DNA from: an uncultured delta proteobacterium
GTDB taxonomy: Bacteria; Desulfobacterota; Syntrophia; Syntrophales; UBA2185
Reading direction: 5' to 3'
Assembly: GCA_963705275.1 (NCBI GenBank)
Contig: OY970063.1
Span: forward strand, 1,329,039-1,393,038
DNA length: 64,000 bases
Shown piece by piece: positions 1 through 9,779 of the stretch (position 1 is the stretch's first letter; the number at the start of each line of letters is the position of its first letter). The position numbers and the translations under genes are program-made. The notes below the pieces were generated by a model. The model was not told the DNA's origin. It ran no database searches and saw only the letters and a list, made by a program, of their open reading frames with translations.

Positions 1-1
1 A

Positions 2-184
2 GGTTCAGATATTACCATGGAGGGGATGGCGAGAAGCAATATCGCCGTTGCGCTCTTCATGAAGAATCTTGCAGGAGCCAACTTTGTCAAGACTGTAGAT
101 CTGTTATCAACCAGAGAAAAAGAGGTCGCAGGCATGAAATTGCAACAATTCGTCATATCTTGTGTGAAGAAAAAGGTTCCATGA
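2..184 (+). CDS. pilN: Type IV pilus assembly protein PilN, C-terminal fragment (5' end outside window)
   Basis: The frame is open from the window edge (GSDITMEGMARSNIAVALFMKNLAGANFVKTVDLLSTREKEVAGMKLQQFVISCVKKKVP*). TGA at 182-184 lies 4 nt before the pilO ATG. The call rests mainly on the conserved pilN-O-P-Q order. Confidence 0.55.
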   Translation, partial: GSDITMEGMARSNIAVALFMKNLAGANFVKTVDLLSTREKEVAGMKLQQFVISCVKKKVP

Positions 185-188
185 TAAG

Positions 189-893
189 ATGGCTATCACT
201 TTAGATGACATAAAGAAATGGTCCCCAAAGCGCAAGGCAATGGCACTTGGCATTATTTACTTGCTTTTGGCTGGTGCATACTATTCTCTTTTTATGCAAT
301 CATCAATGGACCAGAAAGGGTCTCTGGAAACGAAGCTTTCCGAGCTCCAGGAGCAAGTCCAGGAGCGAGGACTCCTGGCAGCCCAAAAGGGCAAATATGA
401 GAAAGAAGTTAATGCCCTGAGGGAAGCCTTCAAGATTGCTCTGACGAAGTTGCCTGACCAGCGTGAGATACCGGGACTCTTATATGCTGTTGCCGAGGCC
501 GGGAAGGATTCCGGCATAGATTTTATCCTGTTCGAACCGAAACAAGCGGAAAGGAAACCTCGGGAAGCAGGAGATCTTGGAGCAAGGCCGTCGGCTGCAA
601 AAACTGCAGCACAAAAGCCAGGTGACAAGAAACGTGCCGAAGCGCCGAACCCTCAGGAAGAGCAGTTTTACGAGGATATACCAGTAAGAGTAACGGTCAC
701 TGGAAGCTTTCACAGCACGGTGGTTTTTTTTGAGAAGGTCGCACGGCTTCCCAGGATCGTCAACATTGAAGATATAACCATGCAGGAAGGGAAGGACGTA
801 AAACGGGGACGTCTTATTGCCACGAGTTGCGTAATAAAGACTTACATGTTCCTCGAAAAAATGGATGAGAAGAAAGTTGATGAAAAGAAATAG
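189..893 (+). CDS. pilO: Type IV pilus assembly protein PilO
   Basis: 234 aa. It has an N-terminal TM helix (LGIIYLLLAGAYYSLF), a coiled-coil segment and a C-terminal core (IPVRVTVTGSFHSTVVFFEKVARLPRIVNIEDI). It sits between pilN and pilP. Confidence 0.75.
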   Translation: MAITLDDIKKWSPKRKAMALGIIYLLLAGAYYSLFMQSSMDQKGSLETKLSELQEQVQERGLLAAQKGKYEKEVNALREAFKIALTKLPDQREIPGLLYAVAEAGKDSGIDFILFEPKQAERKPREAGDLGARPSAAKTAAQKPGDKKRAEAPNPQEEQFYEDIPVRVTVTGSFHSTVVFFEKVARLPRIVNIEDITMQEGKDVKRGRLIATSCVIKTYMFLEKMDEKKVDEKK

Positions 894-1416
894 ACTCCCG
901 TTTTATATAATGCGAATTTTTTTGGTTTCAATTGCCGTTCTGTGGCTTTCAGCATCTATGGCTATAGCCGCAATTCCGCAATCACCTGAAACAAAAGCGC
1001 AGGGTGCCGCCGCGGCTGAAACGAAGACTCCCGATGTTAAAACGGCCGGAGCATACAAATATAATCCCATTGGAAAGCCCGACCCCTTTAAGCCTTTCAT
1101 TGAAAAGGACCTGAGCCCGAAAAAAAAGGCTGAATCAAGAACCCTGCCCATATCGCCTCTCCAAAGGGAGGCCATTCATTATTTCAGGCTCGTCGGCATC
1201 TCCGTTGATGATCATCGCAGAATAGCTATCGTCCAGGATGTGAAAGGCAGAGCCTACCCGATTTTTCTGGGAACTTACATCGGCCAAAACGGCGGCCGGG
1301 TAGTGGAGATACGTCCAGACCGCATCATTGTTGAAGAAAAAATCAAAGCAGAGAACAAGAAGATGAAGGCAAATAGACTGACAATCAAACTTCGCAAGGA
1401 CGAAGGCGAGGAGTAA
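865..1416 (+). CDS. pilP: Type IV pilus assembly lipoprotein-like protein PilP
   Basis: 183 aa with a signal peptide (IFLVSIAVLWLSASMAIA), a PDPFKPF motif and a C-terminal beta domain (FRLVGISVDDHRRIAIVQDVKGRAY...VEIRPDRIIVEE). The true start may be ATG 880 or 910. It lies directly upstream of pilQ. Confidence 0.7.
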   Translation: MRRKLMKRNRLPFYIMRIFLVSIAVLWLSASMAIAAIPQSPETKAQGAAAAETKTPDVKTAGAYKYNPIGKPDPFKPFIEKDLSPKKKAESRTLPISPLQREAIHYFRLVGISVDDHRRIAIVQDVKGRAYPIFLGTYIGQNGGRVVEIRPDRIIVEEKIKAENKKMKANRLTIKLRKDEGEE

Positions 1417-1418
1417 CC

Positions 1419-3164
1419 ATGAAAAAGAACATACCTTGGATTGTAATTTTGATTGTTTCTGCAATATTCCTTGGCAATACGGAATATGCCGGGAGCGTTC
1501 CGCCGGAAGAGAAAGCACCTCAGGCGGCTCCTGCAGCCAAGGCACAGGGCGCAGATTTCGGCTACCTGGAGAATATAATATTGGACAGAATAAACGGCAA
1601 AGAGCGCCTCACCATTGTTTTATCCAAACAATCAAGTGTCGCTGTTGAAGCCATAGGCGGCAATGACCTGTTGGTAAAGATGACAAAGGTGTTTGTACCT
1701 GAGGAGCTCAAACGCACCCTGGGTGAAGGAAAGCTTTCCAATATAGTAAGTGTCGTGCCTTCCCAAAAGACAGTTGATGGCGAGCAATGGGCACTAATCA
1801 CTATAGCTTTAAGAGAACGCGTCCCTTACAAGGTGAATCAGGAGGGGCAAAATGTCCTGATTGACTTCGATGTAAGAGGCTTAGCTGTTAAGTCGCCTGC
1901 AGCCGTGCAGAAAGCTGCGGAAGTTACTAAAGAAGATATGGCCCAAAGGCAGGTTAAGCCTCCCTATGGCGGTCCGACGATATCGCTCGATTTTCAGGAT
2001 GCAAGTATTAAGACTGTCCTCAGATTGCTTTCTGAAGTCGGAGGGGTCACAATTGTATCCGGAGATGACGTCAAAGGGAATATGACCGTGTACATGAAGA
2101 AGGTCCCCTGGACTCAGGCTCTTGATACCATTTTAGACGTCCAGGGTCTTGTCAAGAAACAGATGGGTGATGTTATCAGTGTCATGACCGTCGAGAAAAT
2201 GAAGAAAGACGAGGCTGACCGGAGGGCGGGCGAGGAAGATCGTCTCAAAGCGGAGGTTATTGCGAAGAAAGCGGAACAGGATCGCATGGAAGAGAAAGGA
2301 AAACTGCGACAGATTTCTATAGAAGCAAAAATTGTGGAGGCCCAGGATGATTTCATCAAAAACATCGGAGTGCAGTGGGGCGGCTCATATTATGGTAATT
2401 TGGGAAGCTATCCCTATGCCTTGACGGCAGGCACAAATCCCGGCACAAACGTTATTGGGAATCGTCTTCAAACGTGGGGATATCCAGATGGCATTCCAAT
2501 TCGGAATGCGGATGGAACTTTACTTCAGTCAGCTGCCGTTAATATGCCAGGCACGACATTTGGACCGACATTCGGTCTCATCATGGGGGGAGCCAATCTC
2601 GTTCTCGAAGCCCAGCTTCAGGCCCTCGAGACGAACAATACAGGTAAGATCATTTCATCGCCAAAAATTACCACCATGGATAATGTTAAAGCTACGATAA
2701 AACAGGGACAGGAAATTCCCTACATTACAATAGACAAAGACGGAAACAGGAGTATTACCTTTAAGGAGGCCGTCCTGAAACTGGACGTCAAACCTAAGAT
2801 TACGCCCGATGGCACCATTTCCATGGAGATTAAAGCGACAAATGACGCTGCAGACTATGCCACGGCTGCACTGCTCGGCGGAAACCCGCCCATTAACAAG
2901 AGCGAGGTTGAGTCTAAGATCGTCGTACGGGACGGAGATACGGTAGTCATCGGGGGGATCCTTAAGACATCGGATCAAAGAAACGAGTCCGGCGTTCCCT
3001 GGTTTATGAAGATACCTGTCTTGGGCTGGTTATTCAAAACTGAAGGCGTAACAAAGAACCGAAGACAGCTCATGGTATTTATCACCCCGAGGATAATAGC
3101 AAAAGAAGATGTAGTCATCGACAAAGTCGAAATGCCGAAGAGGCCCGAAAAACCTAAGAGCTAG
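1419..3164 (+). CDS. pilQ: Type IV pilus secretin PilQ
   Basis: 581 aa with GAGGAG as RBS and a signal peptide. It has a secretin N-domain (ISLDFQDASIKTVLRLLSEVGGVTIV), a K/E-rich linker and a C-terminal secretin signature (GVPWFMKIPVLGWLFK...RQLMVFITPRII). Confidence 0.9.
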   Translation: MKKNIPWIVILIVSAIFLGNTEYAGSVPPEEKAPQAAPAAKAQGADFGYLENIILDRINGKERLTIVLSKQSSVAVEAIGGNDLLVKMTKVFVPEELKRTLGEGKLSNIVSVVPSQKTVDGEQWALITIALRERVPYKVNQEGQNVLIDFDVRGLAVKSPAAVQKAAEVTKEDMAQRQVKPPYGGPTISLDFQDASIKTVLRLLSEVGGVTIVSGDDVKGNMTVYMKKVPWTQALDTILDVQGLVKKQMGDVISVMTVEKMKKDEADRRAGEEDRLKAEVIAKKAEQDRMEEKGKLRQISIEAKIVEAQDDFIKNIGVQWGGSYYGNLGSYPYALTAGTNPGTNVIGNRLQTWGYPDGIPIRNADGTLLQSAAVNMPGTTFGPTFGLIMGGANLVLEAQLQALETNNTGKIISSPKITTMDNVKATIKQGQEIPYITIDKDGNRSITFKEAVLKLDVKPKITPDGTISMEIKATNDAADYATAALLGGNPPINKSEVESKIVVRDGDTVVIGGILKTSDQRNESGVPWFMKIPVLGWLFKTEGVTKNRRQLMVFITPRIIAKEDVVIDKVEMPKRPEKPKS

Positions 3165-3238
3165 GATATTCTCACTTCTTTGTAATAAAACGCGTCGCGA
3201 TCTTCTTCTTCCCACACCACTCTCTTCACAACTAAGAG

Positions 3239-4024
3239 ATGCGAAAGAGCATGAACCGGTTAAATATAATAATACGCAGTGTTCTTATGACATGCGCTCT
3301 TGCCATCTCGGCATGTGGAACAAGCCCATGGAATCAGGAACAGGCAGATTCCCACATCAATGTCGGGGCTGCCTTTCTGGGATCGGGACGATCTAATGAT
3401 GCCTTAAAGGAATTTTTGGAGGCGGAGAAGCTCTCGCCCCAAGATCCCAAGGTCCATTATTATATGGGTATTTCGTACCTCGACAAAGGGCTCAATGACA
3501 ACGCCATCGCTGAATTTAAGAAGGCCCTGTCCCTGAAGCCCGACTATTCGGAGGCTCACAATTTTCTGGGCGTGATCTATCGCGATAAAAAACAATGGGA
3601 CATGGCCATTGATGAATTTAGAAATGCCCTTGCCAATGTGCTTTACGAAACCCCTGACAAGGCAGTGTTCAATATGGGAACGGCCTATGACGGGAAGGGG
3701 GATTATGACAAGGCCCTGAAGATGTACGAAGAGGCGAAGAACAAGCAGCCGCATACAATCCCCGCCCCTGTGATAGACCTTTACATCGGCAGAACCTATT
3801 ATGCCCAGGGAAATTTGGAAAAGGCGGTTAGTTATTTTAAGGCATCCCTCAAGACTGCCCCTTCTTTATTGGAATCCCACTACTGGTTAGGGCAGTGCTA
3901 CATCAAACTGCGTGAACCGGCAAAGGCAAGAGCAGAGTTTAAGACCATCATCGATATAACACCGGATTCGGGATTGGGGATAGAAGCCAAGAAGAGCCTC
4001 GATTCCATGACGTCTTCCCGCTAG
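3239..4024 (+). CDS. TPR lipoprotein, PilF/PilW/Tgl-type pilus secretin assembly factor
   Basis: 261 aa with a lipobox-like ALAISAC followed by about six TPR units (AxxxFxxALxxxPxxxxA periodicity). Size and position directly after pilQ match PilF (Pseudomonas) and PilW (Neisseria). Confidence 0.6.
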   Translation: MRKSMNRLNIIIRSVLMTCALAISACGTSPWNQEQADSHINVGAAFLGSGRSNDALKEFLEAEKLSPQDPKVHYYMGISYLDKGLNDNAIAEFKKALSLKPDYSEAHNFLGVIYRDKKQWDMAIDEFRNALANVLYETPDKAVFNMGTAYDGKGDYDKALKMYEEAKNKQPHTIPAPVIDLYIGRTYYAQGNLEKAVSYFKASLKTAPSLLESHYWLGQCYIKLREPAKARAEFKTIIDITPDSGLGIEAKKSLDSMTSSR

Positions 4025-4156
4025 TCTGACAAGGCCCGACACAGATTAACTTCGTTGATTTTCCCATCAATCCAAGGACACTCCAAAGTTTTCGCGCTAT
4101 CCCTTTGACCGTCCCGTACTCGATGCCGAGCACTTCTTAAAAAATATCCCCCTCAC

Positions 4157-4209
4157 AAAAAAATCCCCCTGCCCTTATCGCGCAATTTGCGCCCGTAAGG
4201 GAGGGGGAC
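4157..4209 (-). terminator. Rho-independent terminator of the pilY1 operon
   Basis: Long GC hairpin tccccctgcccttatcgcgcaa-t-ttgcgcccgtaagggaggggga. On the minus strand it is followed by TTTTTTT (A-run 4157-4163 on +). It lies 80 nt past the pilY1 stop. Confidence 0.6.
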
Positions 4210-4289
4210 TGACATTGATGCTTATAATCTTGTCGCGAAGCGCGGGGTAAAGCTCTTCGCGATTACATGACCCGCATTTTTTGAGGCTC

Positions 4290-7200
4290 TTACTGTATTC
4301 TCCGGTCCCTCCAGTTTAAGATGTTGACCCTGTTGGAGAGCCCCGGAGGATTGAAGTTCACCCGCTGCGTGTTACTCCCCCCAGCTCCACCAGTGCTTGT
4401 TGTAACATAGAGATCAGCGACATTCGACCCTGACCCGGGGGGCTTTACTGAAATAACGGGGGCAGAGGCTATTCCGACCCCTATTGACATACTTCTTGAC
4501 CCACCTGAAAATGCGCCGGAACCGAACGGAAAGTTAATCGCATAAAGGTATGCATTCCCGCTCTGTGCGCAGGGGCTACTGCTTATAGGCGAGTAAGACG
4601 TGAAATACACCACGCCGCCAAATAGGGCGGAATCCGCCAATACCTTCTCCCCCGTCCCAGACAAGCTGATGTAAAACCCCTTGTTGAGGGAAGTAGTTTG
4701 ATCATACGTCGAACCAGCTGATGAGATATCATCCATATTGCTGATAAACCAGGTTGTGGTGCGGTTATTGTCTTTCAATGCAAACAATCTCCCCCGCCCG
4801 GCTGTGCTGGCGGGATCCGCTTTATTCCCCGTACCCCACAAGACCCAGAGATTCCCCGCCCCGTCCCTGGCAACAGAAGGGATCGTATAGATAGGGCGCC
4901 AGGCCGGATCTACTGTGGAACTGTCGAACAAGAGGCCCCCGCTCCAGTCGGAAGCGGAACACCCTCCGGGCAAAGCAGACATAATCGCCGTGCAGAACTT
5001 GAGCCGCCAGACGTTTCCACCCATATCTCCAACATAGACAGTATCGATGAAGCCATCATTATCTGTATCCACAATGGCAGGAGCAGCCGGTATGCCGTAT
5101 ATCATTTTCGCTGTGTTATCGGCATATGTATAACTCCAGAGTATTTGCCCATTACTCAAGTCTATGACAAAAAAGCCCTTCCCCCTGCAGTCACATCCTG
5201 CGCCACAACCGCCTCCGCCGGAGCAGTCCGATCCACTGTAGCCGGCGCCGACAAACCCCACCCATTTCTCCTCGTTGTTGATCATTACCCTGCCTGTCAT
5301 CACTTTGCTCCAACTTTCATCAGACAGATAGGGGGCATGTGCTGGGTTTATCGCGTTGGTACCGCCAAGGTGCCACATAAAAGTCGGGCTGAGGGAATTA
5401 TTGAGGCCTAAGGCATAATAGCCGCAATAATACGGATAACTGGTGCTGTAGAGGGAACTAAATCCGGAATCACAGTATTGAGATGAACTCCATGTCATGG
5501 GGGTGCCGCCCCTCCCTTCTCCGAAGATCAGTATCGTCTTCCAGTCCGATGCATTCTTACTTGTTCCGTCTTGACCTGACGGTCCCAGCCACACGTCAGC
5601 TACCGTCACGGCCCCGTCAACAAAATACTGGTGGCTAAGTGCTGTGGGATTAGTTTGATGGGAAATGTATTTCAGCTTTGGCAGATGGCTCGGCGGGATG
5701 AAGCTCCACGCCTCTGAAAGATTGCTGGTTTTAAAGGCGTGTAGCTGACCGTCGTTAGCCCCGACAACGATTACTCGGCTCCCGATAGCAGAAGTGCGGA
5801 TATGGTTTGTCCGGTGTGTTGCAAAGGCGTTGTTTTGATCACGCATGTCGTCGAAGAAGACCGACGGCGTTCCTACAGTGATCGGTGTTGACCGGAATAC
5901 ATCGCCCAGCTTATAGACACCCGCAGTCGTGCTGTCCGGGTTATAGGAGGAATCTCCCCGGATGTATCCCACGATGTTATCTCGTTCTGAATCTGTGGTC
6001 ACATCAAAATATCCTCTTGTAATACTTGTCGTGAAGCTGGTCATCGAACCGGCAATACATGTCTTGATTGTCCGACTGGATTCACTTGCCGCTTGGAGAA
6101 TGGCCCCGGCATCCCCCAGATTTGAACCTATTGATCCATCAGTGTTGATCTGGTACTTTTCCAGGTGACCATGCCAGAATGGATCACCCGCCACGGGCTC
6201 GAAGGAGGCTTCGTAGAGAAAATTCTCGTCAGTGGTTCTGGATGACTGAACGGAGGCCTGCGTGAAGGAGTAGGTCGCCGCTCGGATGGTGTTAAATGCC
6301 GTTTTCAGGGCGCTCGCCAACGCATCCGCGTCAGCAGCAAGAAAGGCGTAACCGGAAAGCGAGGTGTTCCCCGGGTCTAGAGATGGCGCATAAAACTGCG
6401 TATAAGTTGTACCTTCGCACGTTCCCGACAACATAGTATTCTTGAACGTGGTTGTAACAGGCTCAGCGGGAGCACAACTCGAAACGCCGGGAGGATAGCA
6501 CGCAGTCGGGTTACTGTCCACATCGCAGCACGGTGCCGTTACGGGGGGTGTCGCTGTTAGATCGCAGCCTGTGACTATATTGTAGCCTGTCGTGCTGCCC
6601 GTGTTCACTACGTTAGGATTATCCGTTCCTCCGTAATATGCCATCCAGTTAAGGGTATTCTGGAGATAGGTGGGCATAGCTGATCCGAATCCGATGACAA
6701 AGACCTTATATCCTGCATCGGCTAACGCCTTCGTTTGGGCCACGACATTTCTTCTCCCTTTAAATCTCCTCGAATAATTGGCTGAGTCTCCGGAATTTTT
6801 ACATTCCATCCCATCGCCTCCGCATGCATACGTGTCCGATCCGTCTGAAATGACAATAAGGAACTTCTTGCGGCAGTCCTTCGCGGCGTCTCCCGCTTTA
6901 TTAGCATCGAGATACAGTTTAGCCTCGTTCAGCCCCGATGCCAGTGGTGTTCCCCCATTGGCGCTGTAACCGACAATACATTCGCTGCCGGAACCTGAAC
7001 AGGTGCCGCTCCCGCAGCTGCTAACTGTCGAGTTGCACTGAGTGGAACTGCCACAGTATATCCTGCTGTACTGTGACCCGATAGGACACATGACTTTTAC
7101 GTTTCCGCTGCTCCAATTCCCGGCCGTATCGTCACCGTCCTTGAACCTCATGAACCCTATCCTGACGTTGAGGCTCGATGCGTCTGCGCTATTAATCTTA

Positions 7201-7523
7201 CCGTCATTGTTATCATCGAGGATACCAAAAGCGGCCCTCTTGGCTATCTCGACCTTTCGGCAATCAGTCGTATGACCCGAACCGGAGGAGCTATAGAAAG
7301 TTCCCGAACATGATGAATTTCCGTACCTATTGCTGGTACCCGCCGGGTTATCGTCCATGCTGCCTGACAGATCGAGAAGTATCATGGCATCGGGTGCCAT
7401 GGTTGTGCTAAACAGTTCTTCCTCGCCTGGCGGTGGCGCCTGGGCTGATGAAACCCCTGTGAAAAATAAGTTGCATAGAGCAGTAATGCATATAAGAAAT
7501 ATATAAATCTTTCTGGATTCCAT
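4290..7523 (-). CDS. pilY1: PilY1-like pilus tip adhesin/biogenesis protein with N-terminal vWA domain
   Basis: 1077 aa with a signal peptide. vWA MIDAS elements are present (LLDLSGSMDD; GGTPLASGL; LIVISDGSD). The C-terminal PilY1-type propeller carries a DxDxDGxxD Ca-loop (DTDNDGFIDTVYVGDMGGNVWRL). It is the last gene of the minor-pilin operon. Confidence 0.75.
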   Translation of the reverse strand: MESRKIYIFLICITALCNLFFTGVSSAQAPPPGEEELFSTTMAPDAMILLDLSGSMDDNPAGTSNRYGNSSCSGTFYSSSGSGHTTDCRKVEIAKRAAFGILDDNNDGKINSADASSLNVRIGFMRFKDGDDTAGNWSSGNVKVMCPIGSQYSRIYCGSSTQCNSTVSSCGSGTCSGSGSECIVGYSANGGTPLASGLNEAKLYLDANKAGDAAKDCRKKFLIVISDGSDTYACGGDGMECKNSGDSANYSRRFKGRRNVVAQTKALADAGYKVFVIGFGSAMPTYLQNTLNWMAYYGGTDNPNVVNTGSTTGYNIVTGCDLTATPPVTAPCCDVDSNPTACYPPGVSSCAPAEPVTTTFKNTMLSGTCEGTTYTQFYAPSLDPGNTSLSGYAFLAADADALASALKTAFNTIRAATYSFTQASVQSSRTTDENFLYEASFEPVAGDPFWHGHLEKYQINTDGSIGSNLGDAGAILQAASESSRTIKTCIAGSMTSFTTSITRGYFDVTTDSERDNIVGYIRGDSSYNPDSTTAGVYKLGDVFRSTPITVGTPSVFFDDMRDQNNAFATHRTNHIRTSAIGSRVIVVGANDGQLHAFKTSNLSEAWSFIPPSHLPKLKYISHQTNPTALSHQYFVDGAVTVADVWLGPSGQDGTSKNASDWKTILIFGEGRGGTPMTWSSSQYCDSGFSSLYSTSYPYYCGYYALGLNNSLSPTFMWHLGGTNAINPAHAPYLSDESWSKVMTGRVMINNEEKWVGFVGAGYSGSDCSGGGGCGAGCDCRGKGFFVIDLSNGQILWSYTYADNTAKMIYGIPAAPAIVDTDNDGFIDTVYVGDMGGNVWRLKFCTAIMSALPGGCSASDWSGGLLFDSSTVDPAWRPIYTIPSVARDGAGNLWVLWGTGNKADPASTAGRGRLFALKDNNRTTTWFISNMDDISSAGSTYDQTTSLNKGFYISLSGTGEKVLADSALFGGVVYFTSYSPISSSPCAQSGNAYLYAINFPFGSGAFSGGSRSMSIGVGIASAPVISVKPPGSGSNVADLYVTTSTGGAGGSNTQRVNFNPPGLSNRVNILNWRDRRIQ

Positions 7524-7532
7524 AAGACCTCC

Positions 7533-8015
7533 TTACCTCGACATGGTTGACATTTCCACGGGACCATAGCCGACCCCCACGCCGATAGTCACCTGTGTAT
7601 TATATTCTGCATTTTGTCCGACCACATCCATATTGTATCTGCTCTGCCCCCAGCTCTGCCCACCACCGATGGAGTAGCCTGTCAGCGGCAGCATTATGGG
7701 GCCAACAGTAGGGCGTGTGGAAGGATAATTAATCCTATAACTCGACACACCATCGGCCCTGTTGGTAGTCTGAGGGACAAGGATGGGGTTCTGGGGATCG
7801 AATGTCTGTGACAGGCTGTTGATGCCTGTATCGGCGGCAGCAAGAGCCCTCTTTTCTCCGACAATTTTCATGCTCACCCTGATGTCCTGCGTCGATAGGG
7901 AAATAACCAGCATTCCCAGGGCGAGAAGGATCAGGCAGGCCATGATTGCCGCGATGAGGGCGAATCCAGCCTCGGAATTCTTCTTGGAGAGCGCTCTTAG
8001 TATATTCTTATCCAT
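7533..8015 (-). CDS. pilX: Minor pilin PilX-like
   Basis: 160 aa with a PilX_N-type N-terminus (GFALIAAIMACLILLALGMLVISL, no Glu5). It sits between pilW and pilY1. Confidence 0.6.
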   Translation of the reverse strand: MDKNILRALSKKNSEAGFALIAAIMACLILLALGMLVISLSTQDIRVSMKIVGEKRALAAADTGINSLSQTFDPQNPILVPQTTNRADGVSSYRINYPSTRPTVGPIMLPLTGYSIGGGQSWGQSRYNMDVVGQNAEYNTQVTIGVGVGYGPVEMSTMSR

Positions 8016-8028
8016 GTTTGCTCCAGGA

Positions 8029-8796
8029 TCAATTGTTTCTCAGGGTCTCACGGGTCTTATAGATCATCCTCCGCGTGAGTTTAGTGCTCGTATCGATTTG
8101 TTCCGTTTCAATTGCCAGAGTAATCTCTACCATTCTTATATCTGTGGAACATCCCGGCATACACACCCTTCCTGCGCCTGCTGCAAAAAGGAGCTCGACC
8201 CCCTGCCCGTCAAAGTAACGGAAGACCGGAACGTTGACATCGGCATCAGCATTGATAATTCTTACCGTGCGGGGACGGCCGCTCCCTATGATATCCCCAA
8301 GAAAGGGTTGGGCTCCGCCGCAGTTTGTCTCTCTTGTAATATACCTGTCATTGCCTGTCTGCACAAAGTTATACCTGATGATCTCGTTGCTTTCTGCAGC
8401 GGTGCCGATGAGAAGGCCGTTGCCATCAGGATTGCCGTTCGCGTCCAAACCGCCAGAGACGTCCATTTCCACGGTGATCGAATTTCGCTGGGCCTCCTGT
8501 ATTCCCCTGAATGTTTGATTTGCGGACTGTGTCGTGCAAAAGTTGGCCCCTCCGGGATTCCCGTCACCCCGCCAGATGGTCGTCGAAAACGATGGATTAT
8601 AAGAGGCCATCTTAATCTCCAGGGCCATAATCTCAAGGGCGCCTCTTACATCCTGCTGAGCCGTAACCTTTCTCTCTATGCCCCCGGATGACCTCGATGC
8701 CGACTCGATGGCCATGCCGATAGCAAAGATCATAATGAGCGAGACAGCAATGGCTATCACGATCTCGACAAGTGTAAATCCTCTCACGTCATTCAT
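8029..8796 (-). CDS. pilW: Minor pilin PilW-like (prepilin-type N-terminal cleavage/methylation domain)
   Basis: 255 aa. The N-terminus MNDVRG/FTLVEIVIAIAVSLIM has the G|FTLVE prepilin motif. Size and gene order match pilW. Confidence 0.65.
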   Translation of the reverse strand: MNDVRGFTLVEIVIAIAVSLIMIFAIGMAIESASRSSGGIERKVTAQQDVRGALEIMALEIKMASYNPSFSTTIWRGDGNPGGANFCTTQSANQTFRGIQEAQRNSITVEMDVSGGLDANGNPDGNGLLIGTAAESNEIIRYNFVQTGNDRYITRETNCGGAQPFLGDIIGSGRPRTVRIINADADVNVPVFRYFDGQGVELLFAAGAGRVCMPGCSTDIRMVEITLAIETEQIDTSTKLTRRMIYKTRETLRNN

Positions 8797-8809
8797 ACAG
8801 TTTTACCCA

Positions 8810-9295
8810 TTAGAAACCCGCTGGCACAGCATTTGAATTATCTACGCACCCTGCCGGAAATCTGAAACCATCCTGCCGCGCAACATCGGCGCTCTCCACA
8901 ATATTTCTGTAATTGTGCGATACCTGATCCGGCCACGTAACCGTAATTCTAACAGTCCATTCATTTGTGGTACCGCCAACAGCGGTGATGTTTGTGTTCA
9001 CCGTATAGGTGGCGTCCCCACGAACCTCTGCCCCCAGGCCGCTTACGATGATGTTTTGCACCGGCCTGTTACCCAGTGGAACTACATTGCAGGGGTTCGC
9101 GATCCACGCCTCCCGGAGTTCAAGCTCTCTATGCAGTATGCCGGCGCCCCTGCCCATGTAGTCTGACTTTCCTATGGTTCTCCATGCCGTCGGCTGCATC
9201 GACAAGATGGCCATGACGCCGACTGCGACTAGAAATATAGCGATAACCACCTCGATCAGGCCGATACCCCGGTTAGATGATATTAAACGTGACAT
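8810..9295 (-). CDS. pilV: Minor pilin PilV-like
   Basis: 161 aa. The N-terminus ...NRG/IGLIEVVIAIFLVAVGVMAI has the Gly cleavage site and Glu5. Position matches pilV. Confidence 0.65.
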   Translation of the reverse strand: MSRLISSNRGIGLIEVVIAIFLVAVGVMAILSMQPTAWRTIGKSDYMGRGAGILHRELELREAWIANPCNVVPLGNRPVQNIIVSGLGAEVRGDATYTVNTNITAVGGTTNEWTVRITVTWPDQVSHNYRNIVESADVARQDGFRFPAGCVDNSNAVPAGF

Positions 9296-9779
9296 ACGTT
9301 CTTCCTGTCAAATTGACTGTAATGGTAGCCTGAGAGTTCCTGCTGTTCTGCAGAACAACTCCGTCGAGAACTGCATTGCCCAAGGGTGATACGGTGCCTC
9401 TGGGACTAAAGATAACCGTCTGCAACGCGCCCGGGCCGAATGCGGCACTGACGATTCTAATACCTGACCCGAACGATGAGGGCCTCTTGGTCGTCAGGTC
9501 GGTGACAACTGCGTTAACAACTGACTGAATAGTATAGCTGCCGGGCAATGTAGTATCAAAAGCGATTTGATATGTAATATTCTCGGAAACAGCCCTTTCC
9601 TTGAAGATGGTAAAGTCAGATGCGATATCTCTCGCGGCAGTCCTGAGATTTCTGTTTAGTGTATAATTGTGCAGCTGCAATCCACCGATCGCTGAAATGA
9701 CTGCCAGCAGGAAGATGACGATCATCATCTCCACAAGTGTGAATCCTTTGCGACATTTCATACTATTTCTTCCCGTCAA
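9273..9779 (-). CDS. Minor pilin FimT/FimU (GspH-like)
   Basis: 168 aa with N-terminus KG/FTLVEMMIVIFLLAVISAIG. It is the first pilin gene of the operon, as fimT/fimU is in Pseudomonas. Confidence 0.6.
   Translation of the reverse strand: MTGRNSMKCRKGFTLVEMMIVIFLLAVISAIGGLQLHNYTLNRNLRTAARDIASDFTIFKERAVSENITYQIAFDTTLPGSYTIQSVVNAVVTDLTTKRPSSFGSGIRIVSAAFGPGALQTVIFSPRGTVSPLGNAVLDGVVLQNSRNSQATITVNLTGRTYVTFNII

Noticed and set aside
7783-8691. 302-aa ORF on the + strand.
   Set aside because: It lies entirely antisense to pilX/pilW, which carry clear prepilin N-terminal motifs. The ORF has no recognisable motifs and a Cys/Arg/Ser-rich, low-complexity composition typical of antisense frames.
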